A DNA stretch of 64,000 bases, taken from Phycisphaerae bacterium (GTDB lineage Bacteria; Planctomycetota; Phycisphaerae; UBA1845; Fen-1342). The translations under genes and the position numbers were made by a program. Positions 49,980-60,000 of the stretch are shown one piece after another. Below the pieces are notes generated by a model. That model saw nothing but the letters and a program-made list of their open reading frames with translations, made no database searches and was not told the origin of the DNA. The stretch lies in NCBI GenBank assembly GCA_963675745.2, contig CAXXWX010000019.1, positions 447,029 to 511,028 on the forward strand, read 5' to 3'. How positions within the stretch are numbered: position 1 is the first letter of the stretch; each line of letters opens with the position of its first letter.

Positions 49980-50165
49980 CTCCCCAGCTTAGCAGATTCC
50001 ATTGTCAGAATCAGCCACTCAATCCCGGCAATTGCGCAATCACCGACCTTGTCGCGCGCGTGCGATAGGGGAATACCCTTATTATCAGCCGCAAGCGCAC
50101 TTCCACTGCCCTCCCTCGAACTCCGTGGACAACCCCTGGCCCGCACCCGGGGGTAGATGGTCTGC

Positions 50166-50813
50166 TTACCAGCCGCCACGCCGCGTGAACCTGAAGTCGT
50201 ACCGCTTAAAGCCGGGCATGAGCGGTATCAAAACCCAGGCGACGATGAGGGCGACGTATGAGCCCATGATTACCCAGTAGCCGGCGGGCCGATACTGCAC
50301 GTGCCATGCTTTCGGGTCATGAAGCCGATTCGGGTCGAGCGTTGTTCGCGACCGCACCTCAGTCGCCCACACCGTTCTGGTAGGCCACGTTTGGAGGAAA
50401 TCATCCTGTTTGTCGAGCAGGAAGAACCCCTCGTAGCAGTCACCAATGGCATAGCGCTCGTCCACGTTAAACGCCGTCACGTGGCCCGCCATGGTCGCGC
50501 CTTGCTGGCGTGCGCCGAGCTCTCGACGGGCTTGCCACCACGCCCCTTCGGTTTCATAGTCCCTGGTCTCTTTGGTGTTCCGGTTGTAGATCACAAGGGA
50601 ATCCTCGCCACGCCAGGCGATCCAAGCTGACGGGGGACGCGGGTCTGTCGATTCCCAGTAGGCCAGGTCGCACCGACTGCCCTGCGAAACGGCCCCAACG
50701 TTGTAGCCATTGCCGAGTTCGACCCATGGGTCGCGCAGGATGCAACCTTCGATGATCATCCCAATGAAAGCGCCGATGGCGAGCTTCACGACGACCTTGA
50801 TTGCTCTGGCCAT
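50166..50813 (-). CDS. Hypothetical membrane protein
   Basis: N- and C-terminal TM segments; follows the upstream gene almost directly. Confidence 0.6.
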   Translation of the reverse strand: MARAIKVVVKLAIGAFIGMIIEGCILRDPWVELGNGYNVGAVSQGSRCDLAYWESTDPRPPSAWIAWRGEDSLVIYNRNTKETRDYETEGAWWQARRELGARQQGATMAGHVTAFNVDERYAIGDCYEGFFLLDKQDDFLQTWPTRTVWATEVRSRTTLDPNRLHDPKAWHVQYRPAGYWVIMGSYVALIVAWVLIPLMPGFKRYDFRFTRRGGW

Positions 50814-50814
50814 C

Positions 50815-51150
50815 TCAGACGTCCCTGCCAACCACGCGCTCGCCACACTCCGGACATCGGCCACTCTCATTGCCGGTCAAATCGTACCCGCACATCGTGC
50901 AGAGGCCCTGTTCAGCTCGGTTATTCCACAGACTGCGTTGGCCACGCTCGACACGTTTCGCGACAATGTACCCGCCGGCCAGACCGGGGAGCCAGCCCGC
51001 GAACCCCAGTTGACAGTAGTGGATACCGACCAGATCCCAGTAGTTGCGGCTCCCAGATCGAGTCGCCGGAATCGCGCTTACAAGCGCTTCGAGCACGCCG
51101 GCGAGGATGCCGATCACGATTCCCCAGAGGACGTACTTCCTTACGTTCAC
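50815..51150 (-). CDS. Small membrane protein with C-terminal Zn ribbon
   Basis: Two TMs then CTMCGYDLTGNESGRCPECG. Confidence 0.75.
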   Translation of the reverse strand: MNVRKYVLWGIVIGILAGVLEALVSAIPATRSGSRNYWDLVGIHYCQLGFAGWLPGLAGGYIVAKRVERGQRSLWNNRAEQGLCTMCGYDLTGNESGRCPECGERVVGRDV

Positions 51151-51252
51151 GCATCGGGGGGCGCGAGCCGACTTACGTAGCTGTTGATCCAGCTTACGTC
51201 CCAAAGCTCCGTCCTGCTCAGTGCCCACAACCAGCACGCCGGTATCGCGAAG

Positions 51253-52428
51253 TCAATCACCGTCGTCGAGCGAGGCGACGAAGCGCGCGTATGCCGCTGC
51301 GCGGGCATCCCACGAATTATGGTCCGCGAACGACTGTCGTGCTTCGGCTCGCGCCGCTCCCTCGGACAGCGCCCTGCGCAGCAGCGTGATTAGTTCCTCC
51401 GGCGTTCGACCCACGGCAACCAGGTCGTCAAAGCTCTCCGTGTCGGCGACCGGCGTCGAAACCACCGGTTTGCCCAGCGCCAGGTACTCGTAGATCTTCA
51501 CCGGATTGGCCGCGGCCGCAACGCTGTCCTGCTTGAACGGCACCCAACATGCGTCGAACGCGGCCATGTAAGCCGGGACAGTGTCGTATGGCTTCGCACC
51601 GTGCAGTGTCACGTTCGTCAGCGCCGCCACACTGCCCACATCGCTGCGGCCGTCGTGGGGGCCGACGAAGACGAAATCGATGTCGGGCAGCGCGCCAGCG
51701 ACATCGACGATCAACGGCCAGTCGATCCACTCGTACAGCGCCCCGACAAAACCGATTACCTGCCGGTTGCGCGGCGGCATGTCAGGTGGACGTGGCGAGG
51801 CTGCGCCGCGCTCGCGGAACCGCCGCGCGTCAACGCCGTTGCGAATCGTCGTGATCGGCAGGTCCGACCGACGTGCGCTGAGCCCTTCGGCCAGCACGTT
51901 GGCCGAGACCACCGCCGCGCTGCACCGCTTGATCAGCTCGTCCTCCCAGCGCTTGAAAAGCGGCGCCAACTCCGGCAACGGCGTCTGCACGCTCAACTCG
52001 TCGATGCAGTCGTAGATTACATGCCGAAACGGCAGCTCGCGCAGCCACGGCGTCCAGGCCGGCGTGACCACCAGCGCCGCCGCGTCATCCCAGTCGATCA
52101 GCCGATCGAGCCTGCGCCGCAACCAGCGGGCCGGCGTGCGTATCGCCCGGCAAAGCCGCTCTTCGCTGATGCGCGCCCACCAGCGCGCCGGCCAGGTCGG
52201 CCACGCCCGCACGACACACGCCGGCGGTCGGCCGAATAGCGGCCCGGTAAGGCGTGACAGCGCGCCGCGCAGCGATGGGATCTCGACAAAAAGGGGGGCC
52301 TGTCCAAGACGTTGCCACGCCTCGACCAGCATGCGCGTGCGCCCGACCAGCTTGAAATCCCAGGTCACCGCCGCCAGTGAGACCAGCCGCGGCCCGGGCC
52401 GATCGGGAAGCGTCGCTTGCTCAGCCAT
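51253..52428 (-). CDS. Glycosyltransferase family 4
   Basis: IYDCID, IGFVG, NPVKIYEYLALGKPVVST, SWDAR. Confidence 0.9.
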   Translation of the reverse strand: MAEQATLPDRPGPRLVSLAAVTWDFKLVGRTRMLVEAWQRLGQAPLFVEIPSLRGALSRLTGPLFGRPPACVVRAWPTWPARWWARISEERLCRAIRTPARWLRRRLDRLIDWDDAAALVVTPAWTPWLRELPFRHVIYDCIDELSVQTPLPELAPLFKRWEDELIKRCSAAVVSANVLAEGLSARRSDLPITTIRNGVDARRFRERGAASPRPPDMPPRNRQVIGFVGALYEWIDWPLIVDVAGALPDIDFVFVGPHDGRSDVGSVAALTNVTLHGAKPYDTVPAYMAAFDACWVPFKQDSVAAAANPVKIYEYLALGKPVVSTPVADTESFDDLVAVGRTPEELITLLRRALSEGAARAEARQSFADHNSWDARAAAYARFVASLDDGD

Positions 52429-53560
52429 AAAACGCGTTGATCGTCGCGATCACGAAGTCCTGCATTTCGCTGGTCAGCTCCGGGTAAATCGGTAGCGCCA
52501 GCGTCTGCCGGGCGGCCTGTTCGGCAACTGGAAAATCTCCCGGCCGATAGCCCAGGTTCTTGAAACACTCCTGCATGTGAAACGGTATCGGGTAGTAGAT
52601 CGCCGATCCGATTTCCGCCTCCGCCAAGTGGCGCTGGAGCCCGTCGCGGTCGCGCGGCACCGATATCACGTACTGGTTATAGATGTGGTGCTCGCGGCCA
52701 TGGACCGCGGCCGGTGCCGTGAGTCCGTCAACCTGCCAGCCGGCGTCATAGCGTGCGGCGTTTTCGCGGCGCATGGCGTGCCACCGCTCCAGGTGCGGCA
52801 GTTTCACGAGCAGGACGGCGGCCTGAATGGGATCGAGCCGGAAGTTGCCGCCGACGATCGCGTGGTGATAACGCGTGCTTTCACCGTGCATGCGCAACTG
52901 GCGGATTTTCTCGGCCAGGGCCTCGTCGTTGGTTGTGACCATCCCGCCGTCGCCAATCCCGCCGAGGTTCTTGCTCGGGAAGAACGAGAAGCAGCCGCAG
53001 GTGCCCATGCTGCCGGCGGGTCTGACTTTGCCGTCACCGGTGGGGTAGGTGGCGCCGATGGCCTGGGCGGCGTCTTCGACGACGGCGATATTATGCTCGG
53101 CGGCTATCGCCAGAATCGCGTCCATGTCCGCGCACTGCCCGTACAGATGGACCGGGATGATTGCCTTGACGCGGTCTATCTTGTCCGCATTGTCGGCCAG
53201 CCAGCCGCGCAGCGCGACAGGGTCGATGTTGTAGGTCCGCGGCGCGCAGTCGATCAGCGCCGGCGTCGCGTTCAACCTGGTGACAACGCCGGCCGTCGCA
53301 AAGAACGAATACGTCGGCACGATAACGATGTCGCCGGGGCCCACGTCGAGTGCCATGAGTGACACGAGCAGGGCGTCGGTCCCCGATGCCACGCCGACGG
53401 CATACCGGGCCTTGGCATAGCTTGCCACCGCATCTTCCAGCTCCTCAACGCGCGGTCCCATGATGTAGCGCGTGGAGTCGATGACGGCGTTGACCGCGGA
53501 TTTGATCTCCGCCTCGAGCGCCTGTAACTGCGGCTTCAGGTCCAGCAGCGGTACTCTCAT
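52421..53560 (-). CDS. DegT/DnrJ/EryC1/StrS sugar aminotransferase
   Basis: SGTDAL, PVHLYGQ, EDAAQA, SFFPSKNLG, NFRLD, LALPIYPEL. Confidence 0.95.
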   Translation of the reverse strand: MRVPLLDLKPQLQALEAEIKSAVNAVIDSTRYIMGPRVEELEDAVASYAKARYAVGVASGTDALLVSLMALDVGPGDIVIVPTYSFFATAGVVTRLNATPALIDCAPRTYNIDPVALRGWLADNADKIDRVKAIIPVHLYGQCADMDAILAIAAEHNIAVVEDAAQAIGATYPTGDGKVRPAGSMGTCGCFSFFPSKNLGGIGDGGMVTTNDEALAEKIRQLRMHGESTRYHHAIVGGNFRLDPIQAAVLLVKLPHLERWHAMRRENAARYDAGWQVDGLTAPAAVHGREHHIYNQYVISVPRDRDGLQRHLAEAEIGSAIYYPIPFHMQECFKNLGYRPGDFPVAEQAARQTLALPIYPELTSEMQDFVIATINAFYG

Positions 53561-53740
53561 ATGACACTCCCATGCCCACGCGGCGCACCGGCAAGCGTGG
53601 ACCAAAGCCGGCCGCAACACGCGACCGTCGGATGCACAAGACGAATGCGTACCAGCGCGCCGCCCACAAGTCAACGGCGCAAAGGCGGCGTGCGGGGCCG
53701 GACAAGCGGCAAAGCCGGAGATTGGCCTGATTCCGGGCAT

Positions 53741-53781
53741 AAAACCGGCCCGAGCGTCGAGATCGACGATCGGGCCGGGTT
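53741..53781 (-). terminator. rpsA terminator
   Basis: ccggcccga.cgtcga / tcgacg.tcgggccgg stem followed by TTTT on the minus strand. Confidence 0.8.
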
Positions 53782-53825
53782 GCGGTCAATTGCCGCGTCT
53801 ACGCGGCTTTGCCGGGGGGGTGCAA

Positions 53826-55607
53826 TCAGGCACCGCCACTCGGGAACTGGATGTCACCAAAGCCGCCAAGGTCTTCACCCAGGCCGCCGCGGCGTTCCTT
53901 CTTGGGTTTATCCGCGGGGCGGTCGGCGGCGCCTTGGTCTTCGCCTTCGCTCGCCTCGCCGGCCCAGTCGGCCCGCTTCTTGGACAGGCCGATCTTGCGT
54001 TCAATCGTGTCCACGCGCAGGATCTTGACATCGATCTCGTCGTTGATCTTTACCTCTTCCTGCGGATTGTCGACCTTGTGGTCGGCCAGCTCAGAAACGT
54101 GCAGCAGGCCTTCGAGATCAGGTTCGAGCTCGACAAACACGCCGAAGTTCGTGATCTTGGTGACCTTTCCGCGAACGACCATGCCGGGCTGATAGCGCTC
54201 GGGCACGGCGCGGACCCACGGGTCCTCGACCATCTGCTTGAGGCCCAGGGCCACCCGCATCTTTTCCTGATCGACGCTCAGCACGACGCATCGAACCGTG
54301 TCGGCCTTTTTCAGCATCTCGGACGGATGGCTGACCTTCTTCGTCCAGCTCATATCGCTGATGTGCAGCAGGCCGTCGATGCCCTCCTCAATCTCGACAA
54401 ACGCGCCGTAGTTGGTGAGGTTGCGCACCGTGCCTTCGACAACCGTGCCCGTGGGGTATTTCTGGGCCACGGTGGTCCAGGGGTTGACCTCGGTCTGCTT
54501 GATGCCGAGCGAGATTTCCTGCTTGTCCTTGTTGACGTCGAGCACCACAACCTCGATCTCGTCGTTCACGTTGACGACCTCGGAGGGGTGGTTGATGCGG
54601 CGGGTCCAGCTCATCTCCGAGATGTGTACCAGGCCTTCAATGCCGGCCTCAAGCCGCACAAACGCGCCGTAGTTGACGATGTTGACGACCTCGCCCTTGA
54701 TGCGCGTTCCGACCGGGTAACGACCCTCGACACGCTCCCAGGGGTTCTCGTCTTTCTGCTTGAGCCCCAGGGCGATCTTCTCGCGCTCGCGGTCGATATT
54801 GAGCACCATGACCTCGAGCTCTTCGTCGATCTTGACGATCTGGCTGGGGTGCTCGATGCGGTCCCAGCTCATGTCGGTGATGTGCAGCAGGCCGTCGATA
54901 CCGCCCAGATCCACGAACGCGCCGAAGTCGGCGATGTTCTTCACCGTGCCCTTGCGAACCTGGCCGATCGCGATCTCTTCCATCAGATTGGCCTTGGCCG
55001 CGGCGCGCTCTTCCTCGATCAGTTTGCGGCGTGAGACCACGACATTTCGGCGTTCCTTGTCGATGCGGAGAATCTTGGCCTCGATATCGCGGCCGATGTA
55101 CTCGCCGATCTCGGCCGGGCGGCGAATGTCGACCTGCGAGGCCGGCAGAAACACCGGCACGCCGATGTCGACGAGCAATCCGCCCTTGATTTTGCGGAGC
55201 ACGCGGCCCTTGACCGTGTCGCCTTCCTCACGTTCCTCGACGATGCGCTTCCAACTGATAAGGCGGTCGGCGCGGCGCTTGGAAAGCAGAACGAGACCGG
55301 TCTCCGGTTCGACGTCTTCAAGCAACACCTGGACTTTGTCGCCGATGTCAACTTGCGTCGAATCTGCCCACTCTTCGAGCGCAACGACGCCTTCGCTTTT
55401 AAGTCCGACATCCAGCAACACCTCGTTGCCGGTGATTGCGATGACCTTGCCGGTGAGCACGCGGTCGTCGTCTTTCGGAGGGGCCGCCGTGCTGATGGTC
55501 TCTTCGAAGACGTCCATGTTGCCGGCGTCGCCGAAGGCGGCGGCAAGTTCGCGGTCGATGTCACTGTCGCTGACATCGATGTCCTTGATCAGAATCCTGT
55601 CGACCAT
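53826..55607 (-). CDS. rpsA: 30S ribosomal protein S1
   Basis: Six S1 repeats (FGAFVDLGGIDGLLHITDMSW etc.). Confidence 0.97.
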   Translation of the reverse strand: MVDRILIKDIDVSDSDIDRELAAAFGDAGNMDVFEETISTAAPPKDDDRVLTGKVIAITGNEVLLDVGLKSEGVVALEEWADSTQVDIGDKVQVLLEDVEPETGLVLLSKRRADRLISWKRIVEEREEGDTVKGRVLRKIKGGLLVDIGVPVFLPASQVDIRRPAEIGEYIGRDIEAKILRIDKERRNVVVSRRKLIEEERAAAKANLMEEIAIGQVRKGTVKNIADFGAFVDLGGIDGLLHITDMSWDRIEHPSQIVKIDEELEVMVLNIDREREKIALGLKQKDENPWERVEGRYPVGTRIKGEVVNIVNYGAFVRLEAGIEGLVHISEMSWTRRINHPSEVVNVNDEIEVVVLDVNKDKQEISLGIKQTEVNPWTTVAQKYPTGTVVEGTVRNLTNYGAFVEIEEGIDGLLHISDMSWTKKVSHPSEMLKKADTVRCVVLSVDQEKMRVALGLKQMVEDPWVRAVPERYQPGMVVRGKVTKITNFGVFVELEPDLEGLLHVSELADHKVDNPQEEVKINDEIDVKILRVDTIERKIGLSKKRADWAGEASEGEDQGAADRPADKPKKERRGGLGEDLGGFGDIQFPSGGA

Positions 55608-55913
55608 TTGTAGGTTGAATCCTTGTCAGGCCCAGCCTATTTCCCGTACGCAAGCCCGAATGCTATCCCGGAAGCAAGGACGGAAGCCAGGAGAGGGGGG
55701 AGGGTTAGAGGGTCATGTGATTCTCGCCACGGACCATCCGCGGCCACCTCAGAAACACAAGTTCCGCAGTATATGAAAGGACGGCGCGGCTGGCAAGATG
55801 ATCCGCTTGGTGAACGCGGTTTTTACCGCTATTTTCGCCTCGAAAGTCGGGTGCGCGCCCGAATCGGACACCAGTCGGGTGGATCGGCGGAACGCGGGAT
55901 CGTATCGGACGAA

Positions 55914-56885
55914 CTATGCCGGCAAAGCCCGCGCAAACCCGCGGATCAGCGTGTCCTGGCGGACGTTGTAGCCCAGGCACGCCAGACGGTGCCCCCACCA
56001 CGCCAGCCGGCGGGCTGCCCGGCAGACGGCCCGTTCCCACATGCTCGACGCATCCGCCAGACGCCGTTCAGCCTCCGCCTGTAGACAAAGCCACACATCG
56101 TCGGCCAGTTTCTCCGGCGTGCCGAAGGCACCGCACATGGCGGCCTGACCGCTACGGATATTGGCGATCAATTGTGTCGGGGTGTCGCCCTGGCTGAGCG
56201 TATAGGTCGTCCCCACCCGGTTGGTGTGCGAATCGCTGCCGCCGATCATCACTTTGTCGTGCCCGCGCGTCGCATACCAGGCAAACGCGTTGTGCGCGTA
56301 GCTGCGCGTGCCGTTGAGCCCCTCGAATACCGGGAACAGACGCAGCATGGCCTCGATCTGCCACGGCTTCAGCACGCGGTGCTGCGCGGTCCAGGTCAGG
56401 TGGTTGATCACGTAGAGCTTGTCAATCCGGCGCAGGTATTCGACGCACTCGTAGATATTACGCCGCAGCGGTTGGATCTCGCGGTGTTGTTGTTCATTGT
56501 GGTCAAACACGTTGATGTGTACGACCGTACCGTCCTCGGGAAACGTCACCGAGACTTCCTCGCCGATGAAGAAATCCGCCAAATCGCCGCGGCGGTTCAG
56601 CAGGTGCAGGCAGCCATCGATGGTGTCGTGGTCGGTGATGGTGACGAAGTCCATGCCGCGCGCCTTGGCCTGGTCATAGACCTGCTCAGGCGTGCTCATG
56701 GGGTGATAGACAACACCCGGCAACCAGCGCAGCCGCTCGTCGGAGAAGGTCGAGTGACAGTGCATGTCGACGCGCGCGCCCGGCAGGCGCTGCCACGACG
56801 GAATCTGATCGGCCTCAAACCGACGGGCGAATTCGAGCACAGGGCTCAAGACACCATTTGTCGTAATGCTGTCCGTTTCAGACAT
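55914..56885 (-). CDS. PHP-domain protein
   Basis: DMHCHS, TITDHD, GEEV, NH, GGSDSH. Confidence 0.88.
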   Translation of the reverse strand: MSETDSITTNGVLSPVLEFARRFEADQIPSWQRLPGARVDMHCHSTFSDERLRWLPGVVYHPMSTPEQVYDQAKARGMDFVTITDHDTIDGCLHLLNRRGDLADFFIGEEVSVTFPEDGTVVHINVFDHNEQQHREIQPLRRNIYECVEYLRRIDKLYVINHLTWTAQHRVLKPWQIEAMLRLFPVFEGLNGTRSYAHNAFAWYATRGHDKVMIGGSDSHTNRVGTTYTLSQGDTPTQLIANIRSGQAAMCGAFGTPEKLADDVWLCLQAEAERRLADASSMWERAVCRAARRLAWWGHRLACLGYNVRQDTLIRGFARALPA

Positions 56886-57007
56886 AGCCTTGAAATTATA
56901 TCCTAACCGCGCGGCGGATTGGGGGCCGCGCGCGAGGTTTTCGCCGTCCGCATTTCACGCCTGCGAAATAACCACGCTGCCCGCCGGCGTATCCCCGTCC
57001 GCCATGC

Positions 57008-60000
57008 CTATTCCACGATTATCGACAATTGAGCTTCGTGATTCTCAATCCTGACGGCGTGCCGCGTCCCGCCCGGCGGGGCCGTAAACGCTACTGATGT
57101 CGCCAGGCACTCCCGCTGAATCGTCGCCTGATGTCGGCTGAAAATCTCCGCCAATTCCGTCGGAGCCTCAATGTAAACCGCTATGCGTGCTTCATAGGCC
57201 AGATCCTGGTCCTTACGCAGCGCCTGCACGTGGTGGATCAATTCGCGCGTCAGCCCCTCCTCGATCAGCTCGAGCGTGAGCTCGGTCTTGACAACCACCA
57301 CCCCGCCGCGGCCCTGGGAGGCTGACCAACCCGGCCGGGCCTCGAGCCGGACATCAACCTCATCCAGCGTCAGCCGTACCGTATCGGCCCCCACGGTTAC
57401 CTCAATCCAACCGGCGTCCATGAGTTGCTGCCGCGCGTCGGCCGCGTCGATGCCTTGCAGCGCCTTGGCGATCAGCGGCGCCTGCTTGCCGAACTTCGGC
57501 CCCAGAGCCTTGAAATTGGGCTTGATGCTGTATGTCACGTAGTGATCGGCCTCGGTTGTGAACTCGATCTGCTTGATGTTGAGCTCTTCGGCGATCAATG
57601 CGCTATGGGCCTGGAGCCACGCTGTGTGCTCCGGCCGGGCGAGAATGATCTCGGCGAGGGCCAATGGCTGGCGCACCTTGAGCTTTGCGGACGTTCGCGC
57701 GGCGCGCCCCTGCGACACAATCTGCCGCACCAGCTCCATCTCCTGCGCCAAATCCTCATCAACCAGCGCCTCATCAACCACCGGATACTCGCACAAATGA
57801 ACACTCACGGCGCCGACCGGCTGTTGTTTCTCGCCTTGTTGCCTCGTTGCCTGGCTGCCTTGATGCCTCACCAAATTCTGATACATCGTCTCCGCAAAGA
57901 ACGGTGTGAACGGCGCAATCAGCTTGCTGAGCGTGACCAACACTTCGTAGAGCGTGTTGTAGGCGTCCCACTTGTCCTGATCCTTGTCGCTACGCCAGAA
58001 GCGCTCACGCGAACGGCGGACATACCAGTTGCTCAGCGCGTCGACGAACTCGTTCAGCCGCTGCGCCGCCGGGAAGTTCTCGAATTTGTCGAGCGCCGCG
58101 CAAACGGCTCGGGTAGCTCGGTGCAGCTCACTGACGATCCACCGATCAAGTTCCGACCGCTCCGCGACCGCCCGCCACCCCGTTCCTGTTCCCCGTTCCC
58201 CGTTCCCCGTTCCCTCGACGGCGAAGCCGTCAATATTCGCATAGATATTGAAGAAACTGAAAACGTTATACAGCCGCACCAGGAACTCGCGATGGGCGTC
58301 GCGGATGTTCTGCTCCTGGAAGCGCACGGAGGTCCACGGCGTCTGCCCGCTGAACAGGAACCAGCGCAGCGCGTCGGCGCCGTAATGGTCGAAGATGTAG
58401 CTGGGCTCGCGGTAGTTCTGCTTCCGCTTGCTCATCTTGAGCCCATCCTCACCCATCATCAGCCCGAGGACGATGCAGGCCTGGTAGGGCATCGGATAGT
58501 CGGGGCTCGGCGCCGCTACCGCTGGCACAGGCTCGGCCCCGCCAACGTCGACAAGCACCCCGCGACGACGCAATACCGCAATCCTCTCGTTGGTGCCTTC
58601 CGGAAGAGTCGGTAACGCGCCGACACGACGCAGCCAGCCGAAGAGTCGATCAAGCGGTCCGCCCAGCGCCTCTTCGTCTTCTCGTTGCTTAGTCGCTTCG
58701 TCGCTGCCGAACAGCAGCGTGCTGATCGCCAGCAGCCCGTAGAACCACCCGCGGGTCTGATCGAGCGCTTCGCTGATGAAATTGGCCGGGAAGTTGTTCG
58801 CGAACTTCTCGATGCTGCCCTCGGCGTGCGGGAAGCCCCACTGCGCGAACGGCATGCTGCCAGCGTCCCACCAGCAGTCGATTACTTCGGGCACACGGCG
58901 CATTCTGGCGGGCGGGACGCCCGCGCCACCCCCCGGACCACCCGGTGCGAACGGGCTGTCATACGTGACCGCGTCTATATACGGCTTATGCACTTTCAAG
59001 TGCTCCGGCAGGTCCGGCTCGGCCCGCTTGGCCTCCTCCCACACGTCAGTGCCTGCCAGGCCGGGCTTTTCGAGCAGTTCGCCATACGACCCGATCGCCT
59101 CCATCTGGCCCGTCTGCTCGCACTTCCAGATCGGCAGCGGCGTCCCCCAGAAGCGCTCGCGCGACAGCGCCCAGTCCACATTGTTCCGCAGGAAATCGCC
59201 GAAGCGGCCTTCGCGGATGTGATCGGGCAGCCAGTAGATGCCGGCGTTGTTCTTCAGGAACTCGTCCTTGAACTGGCTCGTGCGGACGAACCAGCTCTTG
59301 CGGGCGTACTGGATCAGCGGATCATCCTCGGCCCGCGGGCAGAACGGATAGTCGTGGCGCACCGTCTCGCTGTGCATGAGCACGCCGCGGTCGCGCAGCT
59401 CGCGGATGATCTCCTTGTCACAGTCCTTGACCCACCGGCCCTGGTATGCCTGGGGCGCGTCCTGGTTGAATGTCCCATCGGGCTTGACGGCGTTGATGAG
59501 CGGAACAGCTTCGAAATCCGCAAAGCGGCTGCGTTCATCCTGGAGCAGATCAAAATCGACCTCCCCATAGGCCGGCGCTTCGTGTACCAGCCCCGTACCG
59601 CTGTCGAGCGTGACAAAGTCCGCCAGCGTCACGCGCCACCCGATGTGCTCCTCGCCGCCGTCCTTGAGTGTGGCGGTCTGGTCCGCCATCGTTTTGTGAT
59701 AGGCATTGAACGGCGGGATATACCGCTTGCCGACCAGGTCGGTGCCCATACACGTAGAGACCACCTCGAACTCGTGCTTGACCTTCTCGGCGATGGTCGC
59801 GACCAGCGCGGCGGCGATGTAGAGCCTCTCGCCGGTGGTCTTGTCGTGGACCAGCGCATACTCCAGCTCCGGATGGACGGCGGCGAAGTGATTGCTGATC
59901 AACGTCCAAGGCGTAGTCGTCCAAACCAACAGACTCGTTAACCCCTCCCCGACCGTCGGGACGACCCCACTCCCCCCCTCGGGGCCTTGTGGCCTCGTGG

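Noticed and set aside
44767..51150. Integrative element at tRNA-Ser
   Set aside because: No integrase or duplicated tRNA 3' end seen, and the accessory genes lie on the tRNA's 5' side
58500..58710. Intein in ileS
   Set aside because: Only about 65 aa and no C/S...HN splice junction motifs
43181..59941. Long antisense ORFs (e.g. 43181-44785, 53790-55034, 57425-58615, 58685-59941)
   Set aside because: Shadow frames of ade, rpsA and ileS in high-GC DNA
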